The notes below the pieces were generated by a model that did not search any database, had not been told where the DNA came from, and worked only from the letters and a program-made list of their open reading frames with translations. A DNA stretch of 64,000 nt from Piromyces finnis finn (Eukaryota; Fungi; Neocallimastigomycota): positions 372,001 through 436,000 of the forward strand of contig MCFH01000027.1 of the NCBI GenBank assembly GCA_002104945.1. Reading direction: 5' to 3'. Below are positions 1-14,600 of the stretch, piece by piece. Each line of letters begins with the position of its first letter. The first letter of the stretch is position 1. The position numbers and the translations under genes are program-made.

Positions 1-106
1 AATTATAAAAAAAAAAAAAAATTTTTTTTTCATAGAATAAAAAACTGAAATTATTTATAAACTAAATAATTATTGTAATTAACAATTAGTTATTTTATTT
101 TCTAAA

Positions 107-144
<38 letters not shown>

Positions 145-477
145 TCTTTTGTTCTATTAAATAAATAATATATACTTTTAGTAGTGTATATACTTTTTGA
201 TTATTTCTTTTTCTATTATCAATTTTAAATAACTTAATTTAGATTTTTTTGATAGGCGTTTTATATAAAAGATTGACTAATAATAATTGTGTATAAATCA
301 TTTCTTGTTGGGGTATAAGAATTAATTGATATTATGATGATGATGATGATGATGTTATTACGCTTTTTTGAAAGTTTTCGTTTTCTTCAAAATTGTCAAT
401 TTTTTTTATGCAATTTTAAATTACAGGGGGGGGGGGGAGGAGGTTTATTGGGATATTCTTCCTTATTTTTATTCACT

Positions 478-3400
478 CTAAACATTATCCAAGAATCTTT
501 GTCTTTTCTTCATATTTTCTTTATGTTCATAACGTCTAAGATAGGCCTTTAATAATTCAATAATAACTAATTGAATAATTAAACCAATAATGATACCTAA
601 CCAAGCTTGCCAGTTAATATCATAATTTTCTAAGAAATCAGAAATACCCGGTACATAGATACCGATAAGCATTAATACAAAAGATAATAAGTTAGCACCA
701 ATTAACCATTTATTGTCCCAGATACCAGTACGGAAAATACTAGTACTAACACTACGACTATGGAAGGCTTGAATTAATTGAAGAGTAATTAAACCAGCAA
801 AAGCAACAGTTTGAGCATATTGGAATTGAGTACAGTCCTTAGCTTTACCAAGAATTTCAGTTTCCTTACCTAACATATAAAGACCAAAGGAGACACCAGC
901 TTGAATTGTACCTTGTAAAACAGCTGAAATAGTTGTTGGAACGTTAAGTACTCCTGCTTTTGGATCATTTGGATAACGCTCCATAACATCACGTTCTGGT
1001 GGTTCTAAACCAAGAGCTGTAGCTGGTGGTACATCAGCAATAATATTTGCCCATAAAATCATAATGGTAGTGAATGGAAGTGGAATGTTGAAAATGGTAC
1101 AGACCATCATTAATTGAATTTCAGCAGAGTTACAACTTAAAAGGTAAATAATGAATTTTAAAATATTATCATAGACTCTTCTACCTTCACGAATGGCTTC
1201 AACAATAGTAGAGAAGTTATCATCAGCTAAGACAATATCAGCGGCTTGTTTAGTAATTTCTGTACCACTTAAACCCATAGCAATACCAACATCAGCTTTT
1301 TTAATGGCTGGAGCATCATTTACGCCATCACCAGTCATGGCATCCAATTCACCACGAGCTTGAAGAGCCTTGACAATTTTTAATTTATTATCTGGACTAA
1401 CACGTGCAAAGACCGATGGGAATGGTTTTAATTCGGCAATAGCATCATCGGATAATAAATCCAATTCACTACCCTTCATGGTACGTTGCATACTAACATT
1501 ATCTGGATCAATAATACCTAATTGACGAGCAATGGCTGAAGCAGTAGTAACATGATCACCAGTAATCATAATAACACGAATACCAGCAGTTTTACAGGTA
1601 GCAATACTTTCACGAACACCCTTCTTTGGTGGATCAATAAGACCAATTAAACCAATAAAGGAAAGTTGGGTTTCAGATTTTTCCATTTTTTCGGATTTTA
1701 CGATATCTTCGGCTTCTTCATGACCAACTTTACGAATAGCAAGAGCTAAAACTCTAAGACCACGACTAGCCATTTGTTCATTACGAGTAGCAATAAGAGC
1801 TTTAATTTCATTGGTTAATTCTTTTTGTTCACCATTTATTAATTCGCTCAAGGAACCGTGACCGGCGGCGGTAGATGGAACATAACTAATAGAACGTTGA
1901 AGAATAGCTTCTGGTGCACCCTTAGCTAAAACTATTGAGGTATTTGGAATTGGAGAGGCAGCATTAGCATTTTGAGCAGTCATATCGGTTTCACCGGTAG
2001 CAGGTTCGTCCTTACGAGTAGAAGTGTAGATAACACTCATTAATTTACGTTCACTATCGAATGGGTATTCACCAAGTTTACGTAAACCATTCTTTTCCCA
2101 ACTATCACGACTAAAACCAGCCTTTTGAGCAGCAACAATCATAGCTACTTCAGTAGGATCACCAATAGACTTCCATTCGTTGGTTTCTGGGTCAATAACA
2201 ACAGAACTATTATTACAAAGGGATGCAGAAAGAATAGCAGCCATTAATTGAGGATCAGTGGTATCGTAAGTTTTACCAGTATCAGCAGCAGTACTTAAAT
2301 TTTCTTCTGTGATTTCACCAGCACTTAATTTTTGAACAGTACCTTTGTTTGGATCAATATTAGTACTTTCAGTGAAAGTATAAGCACAATCATCAATAGT
2401 CCAAATTAAAGAGGTACCCATTTTACCTTCAGTCAAAGTACCAGTTTTATCAGAACAAATAACAGTAACAGAACCTAATGTTTCAACGGATGGTAATTTT
2501 CTAACAATTGCATTTCTTTTTGCCATACGACGTACACCAAGAGCCATAGTAACAGTAACGACAGCAACTAAACCTTCTGGAATAACAGAGACAGCTAAAC
2601 TTAAACCAACATTAATAGTTTCCTTCTTATCATTACCATAAATCAAGTTAATGACAACAATGATAATACATAAAACAATAGCAATAACAACAAGCCATTT
2701 ACCCAAAATATCTAATTTTCTTTGAATATTAGTTTTAACTTGAGGTTGAGAAGTAATAGAATTACTAATTTTACCAATTTCAGTGTTATCACCAGTTCTG
2801 ACAACAAGACCTTTACCACGACCATGGGCAACAACAGTACCCATAAAAGCATTACCTCTACAATCGGCTAATGGGATCTTTCTAGTTCTACTACGTATAT
2901 GTTTAATATCCTTGGATGTTGGTACACTTTCCCCAGTTAAAATACTTTCAACAATTTCTAATTGAGATTGTTCAATGATACGTAAATCAGCTGGAACACC
3001 TTCACCTTCATCTAAAATAACAACATCACCAGGAACTAATTCACTTGAATTAATTTTTTCTTGTTTTCCGTCACGAATAACAAGGGCTTGAGGGATAGTA
3101 AGTGAAGTTAAAGCTTCTAAAGCTTTTTCAGCTTTATATTCTTGAGTGAAACCAATAACAATATTAATTACAATAACAACAAATAAAACAGCAGCATCCT
3201 TATATTCACCAATACAAATTTCAACAATAGTAGCAATAATTAAAATAATATTCATAAAGTTATAAATTTGACCAAGTAACATTTTTAATGGGGAAGGTTT
3301 TGGTGGTGGTTGAAGATTATTTGGACCATAATGTTTACGAAGATTTTCAATAGAATCACTTGAAAGACCCTTATCTTTATCTACTTTGAACATATCTAAT

Positions 3401-5037
3401 AAAACATTTACTTTTCTATCAATCCATAAACCTAAAAAAAAAAAAAAGAATGACGGTAATTATTAATAAATATGTAATATATATAATAAAAATCAAAAAA
3501 TAATTTAATACTACATTTCATTATGTATATGGTATCAAAAACTTACTTTGTGGTGGTAATAAGTCTTCTGGAGATTTTGGCATTTCTGGAATTTCTAAAG
3601 TGTTTTCATATTCCTTTAATACCTTTTCTACCATACTATGTTCATCTTTTTTAACTAAATCCTTCCAATCTGAAAATTCTGTAAAATTTTTTGTTAAAAG
3701 ACCAATAACAGCTACAGCTGATTTTTTTTGTTCATCCGTTGCAGAGGATGTACAACGTCTATGTATTTTTAATGAATAAGCTAAATCAGTAACTGGAACA
3801 CCTCTGACGACTTGTCTAAATTCTTCAACTATTTTTTTTATTAATTTATTGGGAAAGAAAATTTTTAAACATTTTATATAAATAAATATATATTTTATAA
3901 TAATAATAAATATAAAGTAAATAAACAAATAATGATAACAACAATAATAATACTAATAATAAATGTAACTTTTTTTTTTTTATACTATTAATATTTAATT
4001 ATTAATTTTTAAAAATGATTTTTAATGATATAGTTATTTAATTATTAATTTTTAAAAATGATTTTTAATGATATAGTTATTTAATTATTAATTTTTAAAA
4101 ATGATTTTTAATGATATAGTTATTTAATTATTAATTTTTAAAAATGATTTTTAATGATATAGTTATTTAATTATTAATTTTTAAAAATGATTTTTAATGA
4201 TATAGTTTCATATGTGAATATAAAAGTGAATATATGAAATGAATTTTATTTTTTTTTTTAAATTTAAACACCATTATGTTTAAGACATTTATTTTATTAA
4301 TGTACATTTAAAAAATATCTTTTATTGAGAATATATATATACAATTGTTTGTTTCTTTTATTAAATTTTACAAAAATAAGAAAATATTTTTGATTCAATA
4401 TTATATTAAATAATAATGAATAGAATGACTTTTTTTATTGTAAATTATATTGAATATAAAAATATATTCATGTGAATATACAAAAGAAAGGAAAAAAAAA
4501 AGGATAATATTTTATAAGGTAACTTTATAAAAAATATAAAAATTTATATTCATTGAAGCATTATGTTTTTCCAGTTTTTCACAAATTATATTCATCTCAT
4601 TGTTGTTTTTCTCATGTTCCGTATTTTATCATTATATTTCAATTCAAAATAAAAAAAAGAATACAATTTTATTTATATTTTTATATTTACTATACATTAA
4701 AAGTATAATTACCTTCTTGGATAAATTCACCAAATAAATGAAGAGCCATATCTGATTCTTCAGTTGGAATATTTTGAAAGTGTTCTTTTTCACAATGACC
4801 TATATTAGAAAGTAAACCATTACAAAGACGTTTCATTAAATCGTAATCCAAATGTGGAAGTCTACCACCCTTAATACGATATTCCATTACGTACATAAGG
4901 CCGGCTAAGATTTCTTTTAATGAAATATCATTATTGTTGGTTACTTCTGTAAGATCATTGACGTGAATATTAATTTGATGTTCTACAGATGATTTACCAT
5001 CTGTAAAAGTACCAACAGTATCAACTCTTTTCAACAT
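478..5037 (-). CDS. P2-type cation-transporting P-type ATPase (Ca2+/Mn2+/Na+ class) with long N-terminal extension; 3 exons (5037-4713, 3828-3547, 3431-478), 1186 aa
   Basis: Motifs TGES, IPEGL, DKTGTLT, KGAPE, TGD and GDGVNDAPA are in ORF 478..3393. ORFs 4690..5037 and 3521..3928 join to it through GT-AG introns (3829-4712, 3432-3546) with consistent phase 1. Spliced length is 3561 nt. Confidence 0.93.
3994..4207. repeat. 43-bp minisatellite, 5 near-perfect tandem copies, in ATPase intron 1
   Basis: Unit ttattaatttttaaaaatgatttttaatgatatagttatttaa; the anchor aaaaatgatt recurs at 4011, 4054, 4097, 4140 and 4183. Confidence 0.95.
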
Positions 5038-7260
5038 TAATATTAAATTCTTTTTCTTTTTCTTTTTTTTTTTTTTTTTTTTTTACTTTTATAAAGTTAA
5101 TTAAAAGATAAATAAATGATTCTATATATTTTATATAAAATTTATAAAATTATATTTTTCAATGCTAATTCAAAATTTTATTTCTCTTAATTTTTTAAAG
5201 TTTAAAAAAATTTTTTTTTTAATCCTTTTTCTCTTTCTTTTATATTAAAATGAAAATTTAAAAATTTAATAATTATACATTTTTTAATATATAACAATAT
5301 AATCAAATAATAAATTAAATATAATTCATTTAGTGATTAGAATCTACTAAAAAACGAATAATTCATTAAGAGGAAAAATTGGAAAAATCTAAATAGTTAA
5401 ATATTAAAGTATACTTTTTTTTTTTTTTAGAATTTGATAATGTAGTGAATCTTAAATAATTCATACTTTTCCCTAAATAGTAAAGGATGAACTATCAAAT
5501 TAATATAAAACAACGTTTATTCAACACTTTAATGTTATCAACCTACTACCAATTTATCTTTAAATTATCAATAATTAATTCATATTTTTTGGTTCCTATT
5601 GGCTAATCTTGGGTGAGTGAACGATGCAAACTATGCAAGATAAATATAAATTTTAATTTATATAATTATTTTGATATAGATCATTAAACCAAAAAAAAAA
5701 AAATTAAATAATTAGATTTATGCCAATTATAATTATTATTATAATTATATCTATTTTACTTTTGAGTTTACTTATTCAAAAGGATGTGGGTGTACATACA
5801 CAATAAATTCTTATCCATATTTATTTTTTTTTTTTTTTTTTAAAAAAATCCCAATAAATTTTAAACTTTAATACGCCTCATTCGAAAATGCTAATTTTTT
5901 TAATAATTAAATTAATTTAGTATGAATTGTGGCATTTCATATATATATAAGATTCAAATGTAATATATTTAAATAATTAATTAATTAAATATAATTAATT
6001 TTAAAACAAAATTATTTACTTAACAATTATATTATAATTTAATTTAATTGAAACAGAGGTATTTATTAAAATATATTCTTTTAATATATAATTAAATTAA
6101 ATGAAATATATACTACAAAAGTTACCTTTTTTTTTTTTTTTTTAGAAAAAGTCTTTAAATAATTCTTATGGTAAAAAAGAGTTTTTTTCTTATAACTCAG
6201 CATACTAATAACATCGATATTATTACTACTACTAATACTACTACTAACAACAACAACAACAACACTATAAAAGTATAAATCTAAAAAACTAATGATTAAA
6301 GCATCTTTTTTTTAATAATTTTTTTATTATTATTATTATCCTAAAAGTACAAATAAAAAGAATTTTCTTATTGGAAAAAAAAATTAAAGTTTTAACCAAC
6401 CAACTGAGCACGCCACCACAAAAAATACATTCTTAGAAATGAGGGAAAAATGAATAAAATTATAAACCATTTTAAATCGTAAAATTATGTCTTCTGATGT
6501 ATGCATTATGCTTATGAATAGTGTGAAGTTTTTTTTTTTATTACTATTCTATTGTACATATGTAAATATGTTATTATTATTTTCTTTATAATTCTAAAAG
6601 AATGACATGAATCTTTTTTTTTATATTATATATTATAATAGGAATAAATGGAGGATTATCTACTACAATAAAATTATTGTATTTTTTAAATTCATATTGT
6701 ATTATGATTGATATAATAATTATAATAATTCGATACTGATTTAACAATTGCATTAAAGAAATCTAATATATGTTAACAAGTATGCTAATAAAATATAGCA
6801 TTATCTTTGAGGGAATAGCATCCTATAGTAATAGTAATTGTAATATTCTTTAAAATAATTGTTCCTTTTGAAAATAAAAAAGATTTTATAGTAATTTCAG
6901 TTCACAACAAATCATTTTAATGGATTTGATCATTCAATATAAAAATTATTGTACATTTTATTACATTATACTTCGATTTTCATTGGTTAATATAAATTGT
7001 ATTATTATTTTGGTTCTTTTTAAAAAAGAGCTAAAATTTAACCAAAAAAAAAAAAGAATTTTTCAATAAATAATCCTATTTTTTAACTATTGATTAATGC
7101 ATGCATAAAGTTAGTAGGAATGCTAGAGTAATTGCTAAATTGAATATAATGATGCATTTTGCTTAGTTTGAAATTTTAAAAAGAAAAATCAGAATTGATA
7201 ATGGCATTAATTTTATTATTATTATATTATTGCTATTTCTTAACATTTATATATATATAA

Positions 7261-7449
7261 CTAAATGAATGAATGAATAAATAAATAAATAACTAACTAA
7301 CTAACTAAATAAATAAATAAATAAATAACTAAATAAATAAATAAATAAATAAATAACTAACTAACTAACTAACTAAATAAATAAATAAATAACTAAATAA
7401 ATAAATAAATAAATAAATAACTAAATAAATAAATAAATAAATAAATAAC

Positions 7450-7484
<35 letters not shown>

Positions 7485-7525
7485 CTAAATAAATAAATAA
7501 ATAAATAACTAAATAAATAAATAAA

Positions 7526-7556
<31 letters not shown>

Positions 7557-7625
7557 ATAAATAAATAAATAACTAAATAAATAAATAAATAAATAACTAA
7601 ATAAATAAATAAATAAATAAATAAC

Positions 7626-7660
<35 letters not shown>

Positions 7661-7722
7661 CTAAATAAATAAATAAATAAATAAATAACTAAATAAATAA
7701 ATAAATAAATAAATAACTAAAT
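7261..7722. repeat. (TAAA)n microsatellite with interspersed TAAC units
   Basis: Read directly from the sequence. Confidence 0.95.
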
Positions 7723-8030
7723 AATTTAAATTTTATAAAATACAAAAAACTTTTAAATTAACTTTTAAAAAAAATAAAAAAAAAAAAAAAAGACAAACTA
7801 TAAAATATAATGCAATACCTTTTAGTATAATGAATATTTTATAGTTTTTTTTTTTAAATATATAATATATAAAGTTCACAAATAAACAAATAAATAATGA
7901 AATTTAAAGTTTTGTTTCAATAATAAGAAAAAAAAGCATGAGTCATTTTATTTTTCATTTTATTTTTTTTATATTTTTAACTTTTATAGTAGGGAATAGT
8001 TATTCAGATACTAACAGTGACATTTGTCTA

Positions 8031-8061
<31 letters not shown>

Positions 8062-8075
8062 TTTGTTCATCAAAA

Positions 8076-8398
8076 ATGGAAGAATTAAATCAATGGTCGT
8101 TATATTCTTGGAAAAATAAAGAGATTGTACAAAATGTTGTTTACAAAGATAAAAAAAAATATGAAAGTATCCTTGAAAAATTAGATGTCCTTCCACCTTT
8201 GGTTCATCAAGATGAAGTAATTAAAAATTATTATTTATAAATATTAAATATTTGTTTGTTTATTTAAATTTTACATAAAATGTTTATTTTTTTTTTCTTT
8301 AATATATTTTAATATATGTTAATATTGTTATAAATATAAATGGATTTTACATTTTAATGAATAAGAAAAATAAATTAATTTTTCTTCTTTATTTATTT

Positions 8399-8440
<42 letters not shown>

Positions 8441-9073
8441 ATAATAAGAATAATAATAAATAAATAAATAAATATAAAAAAAATATATGACTCTGTAATG
8501 AAATGTTTTCTAACATCTTTGTTATTTCTATTGTATATGATTTTTTTTTTTTTTTTTTAAATGCTATTTATAATAAAATTACCATAGATTGAAAAATTGA
8601 AAGAACAATTAAGAGAAGTAGCAGAAAATAAAAGGTTTTTATTACAAGGTGGTGATTGTGCAGAATTATTTGAATATTGTAATAAAGTAAATATAAAAAT
8701 TCTAATTTAAAAAATAAAATATCATTTCATTTCTTTTCTTTTTTTTTTAATAAAGAAATTAAAAAAAATATATATATTAACGGAATATCAAAATTTTTTA
8801 AAAAATCAATATAATGGATATAAAAGGATAATATTGAGAATCAATTAAAAATTCTTTTAAAACAAAGTTTAATTTTAATTTGGGGTGGTCGTACTTCAGT
8901 TGTAAGAATTGGAAGAATGGCTGGACAAGTAATTATTAAATTTAAAATAAAAATTATAGATTTTATTTTTCATATTATATTAAAATATTGAAAATATTAT
9001 TGTATTACTACTTTTAAAGTATGCTAAACCACGTTCAAGTCCAGTGGGTAATAATAAGAATCTTTTCATTATG

Positions 9074-9105
<32 letters not shown>

Positions 9106-11100
9106 TATAGTTTTGTATTAATTTTATAATATAAATAAATTTTTAATACTGTTAGAAATTATTGATGGAAAAGAATATCCATCATATCGTGGTGATATTG
9201 TAAATGGTTATGAAATAGATGATCGTGAACCAAATCCAGATAGATTACTTCGTAAGAACCATTTTTTAAATCATATAAAAATATATATATATAAAAAAGA
9301 AAAAATAAATACTTTATATAAATTTTATTTATTATTAATTTCCTCTACCTTTTATTTTTATGTAATATTTTTTTTATATCTATATTATTTTTTTTCTATC
9401 TCTATGTACTAATTATATAGAATCATATTTCCATTCTAGTGCTACCTTAAATTATATACGTTCTTTAATTAATACTGGATTTGCTGATTTACATAAAGCT
9501 GAACATTGGAATTTAAGTCATATTCGTAATCAAACATTACGTGAAGAACATGAAGCTATTATTGATCAATTAAGAACTTCCTTAGAATTTTTAAATATTG
9601 TTGGTATAGGTAAAAATTCAAATCCATCTTTAGAAACTATTGATTTCTTTGTTTCTCATGAAGGTCTTTTACTTGATGTAAGTTAAAAAAAAAAAAAAAT
9701 ATTAGATATATAAATAGTTATTATTATTATATATATATAATTATTTAATATTAATAAACCCTTTTTATTTTATTTTATTTTTTTTTTTTTTTTTAGTATG
9801 AAAGTCAATTTACAAAAAAGGTTGTTGATCCAACTGATTCTAATAAAACAGAAAAATGGTATAATCTTGGTACCCATTTCCTCTGGATTGGTGATCGTAC
9901 CCGTCAATTAAATGGTGCACATGTTGAATACTTTAGAGGTATTCAAAATCCTATTGGAATAAAGGTAGGACCATCAATGAAACCTCAAGAATTAATTGAT
10001 CTCTTAGATATTGTTGATCCAAACTTTGAATTAGGTAAAGAGAAAGAAATCACCTGTATTCATATATTAAATTATGAAATAATAATATAAATAGCACATA
10101 CAAGATTCTTTTTTGAAATCGAATGAGAATTTATGTGGTATTAAATTCATTAGTATCATTATTACTAATTTTATATTATGACTATATAATATATGTATTT
10201 ACACAGGAAAAGTTACTTTAATTACAAGATATGGATTTGATAAGGTATACATTAATTATAAAATTAAGAAAGAATCCTTGTTTTTAATCATTAATTGTTT
10301 TTTTCTTATATATTAAAAAGATTGAACAATACCTTCCGGATCATATAAAAGCTGTTCAATCAACAAAACATAGAATTATTTGGTGTTGTGGTAAGTATGA
10401 ATCATTTAATATTTTAAATATTTAGATAGTCGACTTAATTTTATAATAAAATAAATTATTTTTTATAAAAGATCCAATGCATGGTAATACTGTAAAATCA
10501 AGTATTGGTTTAAAAACAAGAAACTTTGATAATATTTTAGGAGTAAGTTTTTTTTTTTTTTTTTTTTTTTATTATATACATTTAATATATAAATTGATAA
10601 TGATAGGAATAAAAATGGCTTAATCAATATTAATAATATTTGAAAATTAGGAATTAAAAAAAGCTTTTGAAATTCATAAATCTTTAAATAGTAATTTGAA
10701 TGGTGTTCATTTTGAAATGACAGGTGAAAAGGGTGTTACGGAATGTATTGGTGGTTCTATGCAAATAACTGAAAAGGATTTAAAAAAGAATTATCAAACT
10801 AATTGTGATCCAAGGTGATTTATATAGATATACGATTATTTAACAATAAAACTTTATTTTTTTCATTATTTTTATTATTATTATTATCTAACCAATAGTT
10901 CATATATTATTTTAGATTAAATTATGAACAGTCTTTAGATATTTCCCTTTTAATTGCTCAAGTAAATATTTTTTTATTACATATACATATATATATATAT
11001 ACTATTTCTATAAAATAGTTATGAATTATCCTTGATTAACGATGCCTTATTATAAATATATATCTAGTTATTAAGAGCTGAATCAAATAAAAAAAATTAA
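8076..11100 (+). CDS. Class II DAHP synthase (phospho-2-dehydro-3-deoxyheptonate aldolase), about 13 exons
   Basis: Spliced exons give LPPLV, FLLQGGDCAE, RMAGQYAKPRS, SYRGDIVNG, SHEGLLLDYE, HFLWIGDRTRQL, NPIGIKVGP, DPMHGNT, GVHFEMTG and CDPRLNYEQSL. Stop TAA at 11098-11100. The start could instead be the in-frame ATG at 7938. Confidence 0.95.
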
Positions 11101-11693
11101 AATAATATACACCTGCTAAATGTAGGGGAAAAAAGTGATGATTTTATATAAATGTAGATAAATTCGTTTTTTTTTAAATAAAACAAAAAAATTTATAAAA
11201 AATACGTATAAAACTAAAACTATAAAATAAAATAAAAAATATATTTATAAAAAAGAAAAATTTTTACATTTTTTTTTTTCTATAAAATATTTAAAAATTT
11301 TTTATTTATTATATATATTTAAGATGGATTCCTAACAAGGTTGAAATAGAAAAAAAAAATTCAAAATATGAAACAGATATAAATAAATAATACTATAACA
11401 AACCAAAAAAAATAAAAGAAAAATAAATTAAAAAAAGTAATTTCTTTTTTATTTTTTTATTTTTCTTTTATTTTTTTTTTTTTTCAATTTTTGATAGCTA
11501 AATAATGATTTTATTAAAATATTAATCTAATTGAATGTATAGTGTCTAAAATTATAAAAATAAAAATAAAAAAAATATATATATATAAATATATAAATAT
11601 ATATTATGAAACGAATTTTAATCTTTTAAATAAATAATGGTGGATTGAGTTGGTTTTTTTTTTTTTTTCCTACTTTCTATTTCATTTGTTTAT

Positions 11694-14600
11694 CTAACGT
11701 CTTCTCTTGTACCTTTTAATAAATATCAAAAAAAAAAAAAAAAAAAATTGGTTTAGTATCAATTGCCGAGTATGGATTATAATAATATTCAAAATGAAAA
11801 ACTTTAAAACTTACTTGCTCTTAGATTTAAAGGATTTAACAGACTTCTTCTTACCAAGTCTCTTTCTTTCTGGCTTAAATTCTTTAGTGGCTCTATTACC
11901 TTCTTTAGCCGCTGACTTATTTTTGGTTTCTGAAGTACTCTTTATTTCAGTTTCAAAACCTGCAGATTTAACTTCCTTCTTTTTATTTGGTTTTGGTCTT
12001 GATTGGGCATTTGGATTAGGTGTAGGCATATAAGTAATCTTCTTTGGTTTCTTGGCACGCTTGGCTTCACGTACAATATATTGTTGTTCCTTAATGGCTT
12101 CACGATCAGCTTCACTTAAAGCTTCTAAACGTCTCTTTTTGGTTCTATTTAAATCCTTTGCATTCTAAATTACAAAATTTTGTTTTATAATACGGCCATA
12201 GAAAATATAAAAGGAATACATATACCATTATTGATATTAATACATTAGAAAAATAAAAATAAAAAAATTAAACTATGAATGGTTTACACTTTATACTATT
12301 TTCAAGTGTTATTAAACTTGCATTACTGCTTAAAAAAAAAAAAAAAAAAAAAAATTCTATTACCTCTTTAACCTTGGTTGAATTACCAGCAAGTTCATCA
12401 TATTTATTCTTACTTAATTCCTTTGCTAATTTCTTTTCTTTTTCGGTTTGGAACCAGGTCTTAGCTGGTCTACTATTAATTTCTTCTTGGTATTTAATCA
12501 TGTTAGTAGCTTTATTAGCTTCCATTTCAGCAATACGAAGCTATAATAATATTAAAAATAATTGAAAATAAAATGAAAAAAATATACATTTGGATACAGT
12601 GCAAATTATAAATTAATGATTATTGAAATAGTTAATTTTAATGTTTATTGCATAATATCTATTTTTAGTTATTGCTTGATTATTCTAATTTAAAAAACTT
12701 ACAGCCTTTTCTTCTTTTTCTTCATCCATAATTTCCTTAATTTGATCCTTGAAACCATTAATTTTAACCTTATACTTAGCAACAACAGCAGATGGTATAA
12801 TACGATGCTTTACTTCAGAAGTAGAATTTTTAATAGCTAATTTTAATACTTTTCTGTCAGCTTCACCAATTAAACTTACAGCTCTATTATGATTATTTTT
12901 ATTTAATTAATAATGATGATAATAATAAAAATGTTATATTTTATTTATTTAATATAGTTTATAATTTTTTTTTTCAAAAAAAAAAAAAAATAATAGTTTT
13001 TATTTCAATTTATAAATATATAATCTTATTATAATTACCTTCCCCCTTGATCAGCACGAGCAGTACGACCAACACGATGGACATATTGTTGATAAAGTTG
13101 TGGCATATCATAATTAATAACTGTTTTAATACCAGCAATATCTAAACCTCTACTAGCTAAATCAGTGGCAAGTAAGAAATCAGTTTTACGATCACGGAAG
13201 GATTCTAAGGATTCAAGACGTTGTAATTGGGTAAGATTACCATGAAGTTCTGTTGCGTTTAAACCTAATAAACCGAAAACAATCTTCATGTAGTGAGCAG
13301 CAGCTTTACTTCTAAAGAAAATAATTGTTTCGCTTTTATAAGTTCTGCTACAAAGAGCAGCTAAAATTGCTGGTCTATCTTCTTCACGATGTTGACGAAT
13401 ACGAATGAATTCTTGAATAAGATTATTAGCAATAGCATTATTACTATTAACAAAGAGACGTACTGGTCTATTTAATGATAATTTAACTAATTGATCAATC
13501 TATATTATTAAATTTAAAATAAAAAGATATATTTTCATTAATTATATTAGTTTTTTTTTTTTAAAAAAAAAATATAAAAAAAATATAATCAATTAAACAT
13601 TATTATTATAGTGTCTTTTATTTTACATTATCTGTCATAGTAGCAGAGAAAAGCATGGTTTGTCTACCCATTGGACAATTCTTAATAATTTCATTTAATT
13701 CAGCGGCAAAACCTTCTTCTAACATTCTATCAGCTTCATCCATAATTAAAATTTCAATAGTATCAAGGGTGAAAGAAACTGAATTTCTAATGTGATCAAT
13801 TAAACGACCTGGAGTAGCAATAATAACATCTGGTCTTCTACGTAATTCAGCCTTTTGTGCGTTTGATGAAAGACCACCTTTTTTAAAAAAAAAAAAAAAT
13901 GTTTATAAATATTATATAATATTTATAATAAAATATAAATATTAATTTATATTGGTTTCAATAAAATAACAAATATTTTATTATTTAATAATTTAATAAT
14001 ATTATTTTATTTTATTTAACATATTTACCAACAAGTAATGAGAATTGAATATCAGTAAATTTAGCAAGATTTTGTGCAACAGAATGGACTTGAGCACCCA
14101 ATTCACGAGTTGGGACAAGAATTAAAACTCTAGTGGTTGGAACAGCTTTTGGTCTATATAAAAGACGTTCTAAAATTGGAATAACAAAAGCAGCAGTCTT
14201 ACCAGAACCAGTAGTGGCAGAACCACAAATATCTAAACCTTGCATAGCAATTGGAATAGCTCTAGCTTGAATTGGTGTTGGTTTAACAAAACCTAAATTT
14301 GAAATACCTTTTAAAATTGGTCTTGATAAAGACATTGTAGTGAAAGTTTCAGTTAATTCTTCATTAACTTCTGGAGCTGGTGCGAAATAAGCAGCTTTTC
14401 TCTATTATTAATTATTATAATTTATTTTGTTTATTTAATTTTAATCGTAGCAATTTTTTGTTGATATGATATGAAAATGTAATATAATAATAAATAAATG
14501 ATAAATTAAAATAATTATTGATAAAAGTATTTATTGCCAGCATTTATATTTATATTAAGTTGTTGTTTTTTTTTTTTCAGTATAATTTATTTTACCTTTT

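Noticed and set aside
3994-4207. 43-bp repeats as a CRISPR array
   Set aside because: The units are contiguous with no unique spacers, there are no cas genes, and the context is a eukaryotic intron.
5598-5607. CCAAT-like boxes (attggctaa at about 5598 and 16042; attgg/ccaat pair at 42263-42287)
   Set aside because: Plausible promoter boxes, but too short to support without TSS data.
6816-7125. Short imperfect inverted repeat (tagcatccta / taggaatgcta) as MITE termini
   Set aside because: Only about 10 bp and imperfect, with no target-site duplication seen; expected by chance.
8167-8174. GTATCCTT as a second U12 donor
   Set aside because: It lies inside the continuous DAHP coding exon (YESILEKL). 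The same applies to GTATCCTA at 34908 in the TPR-J exon.
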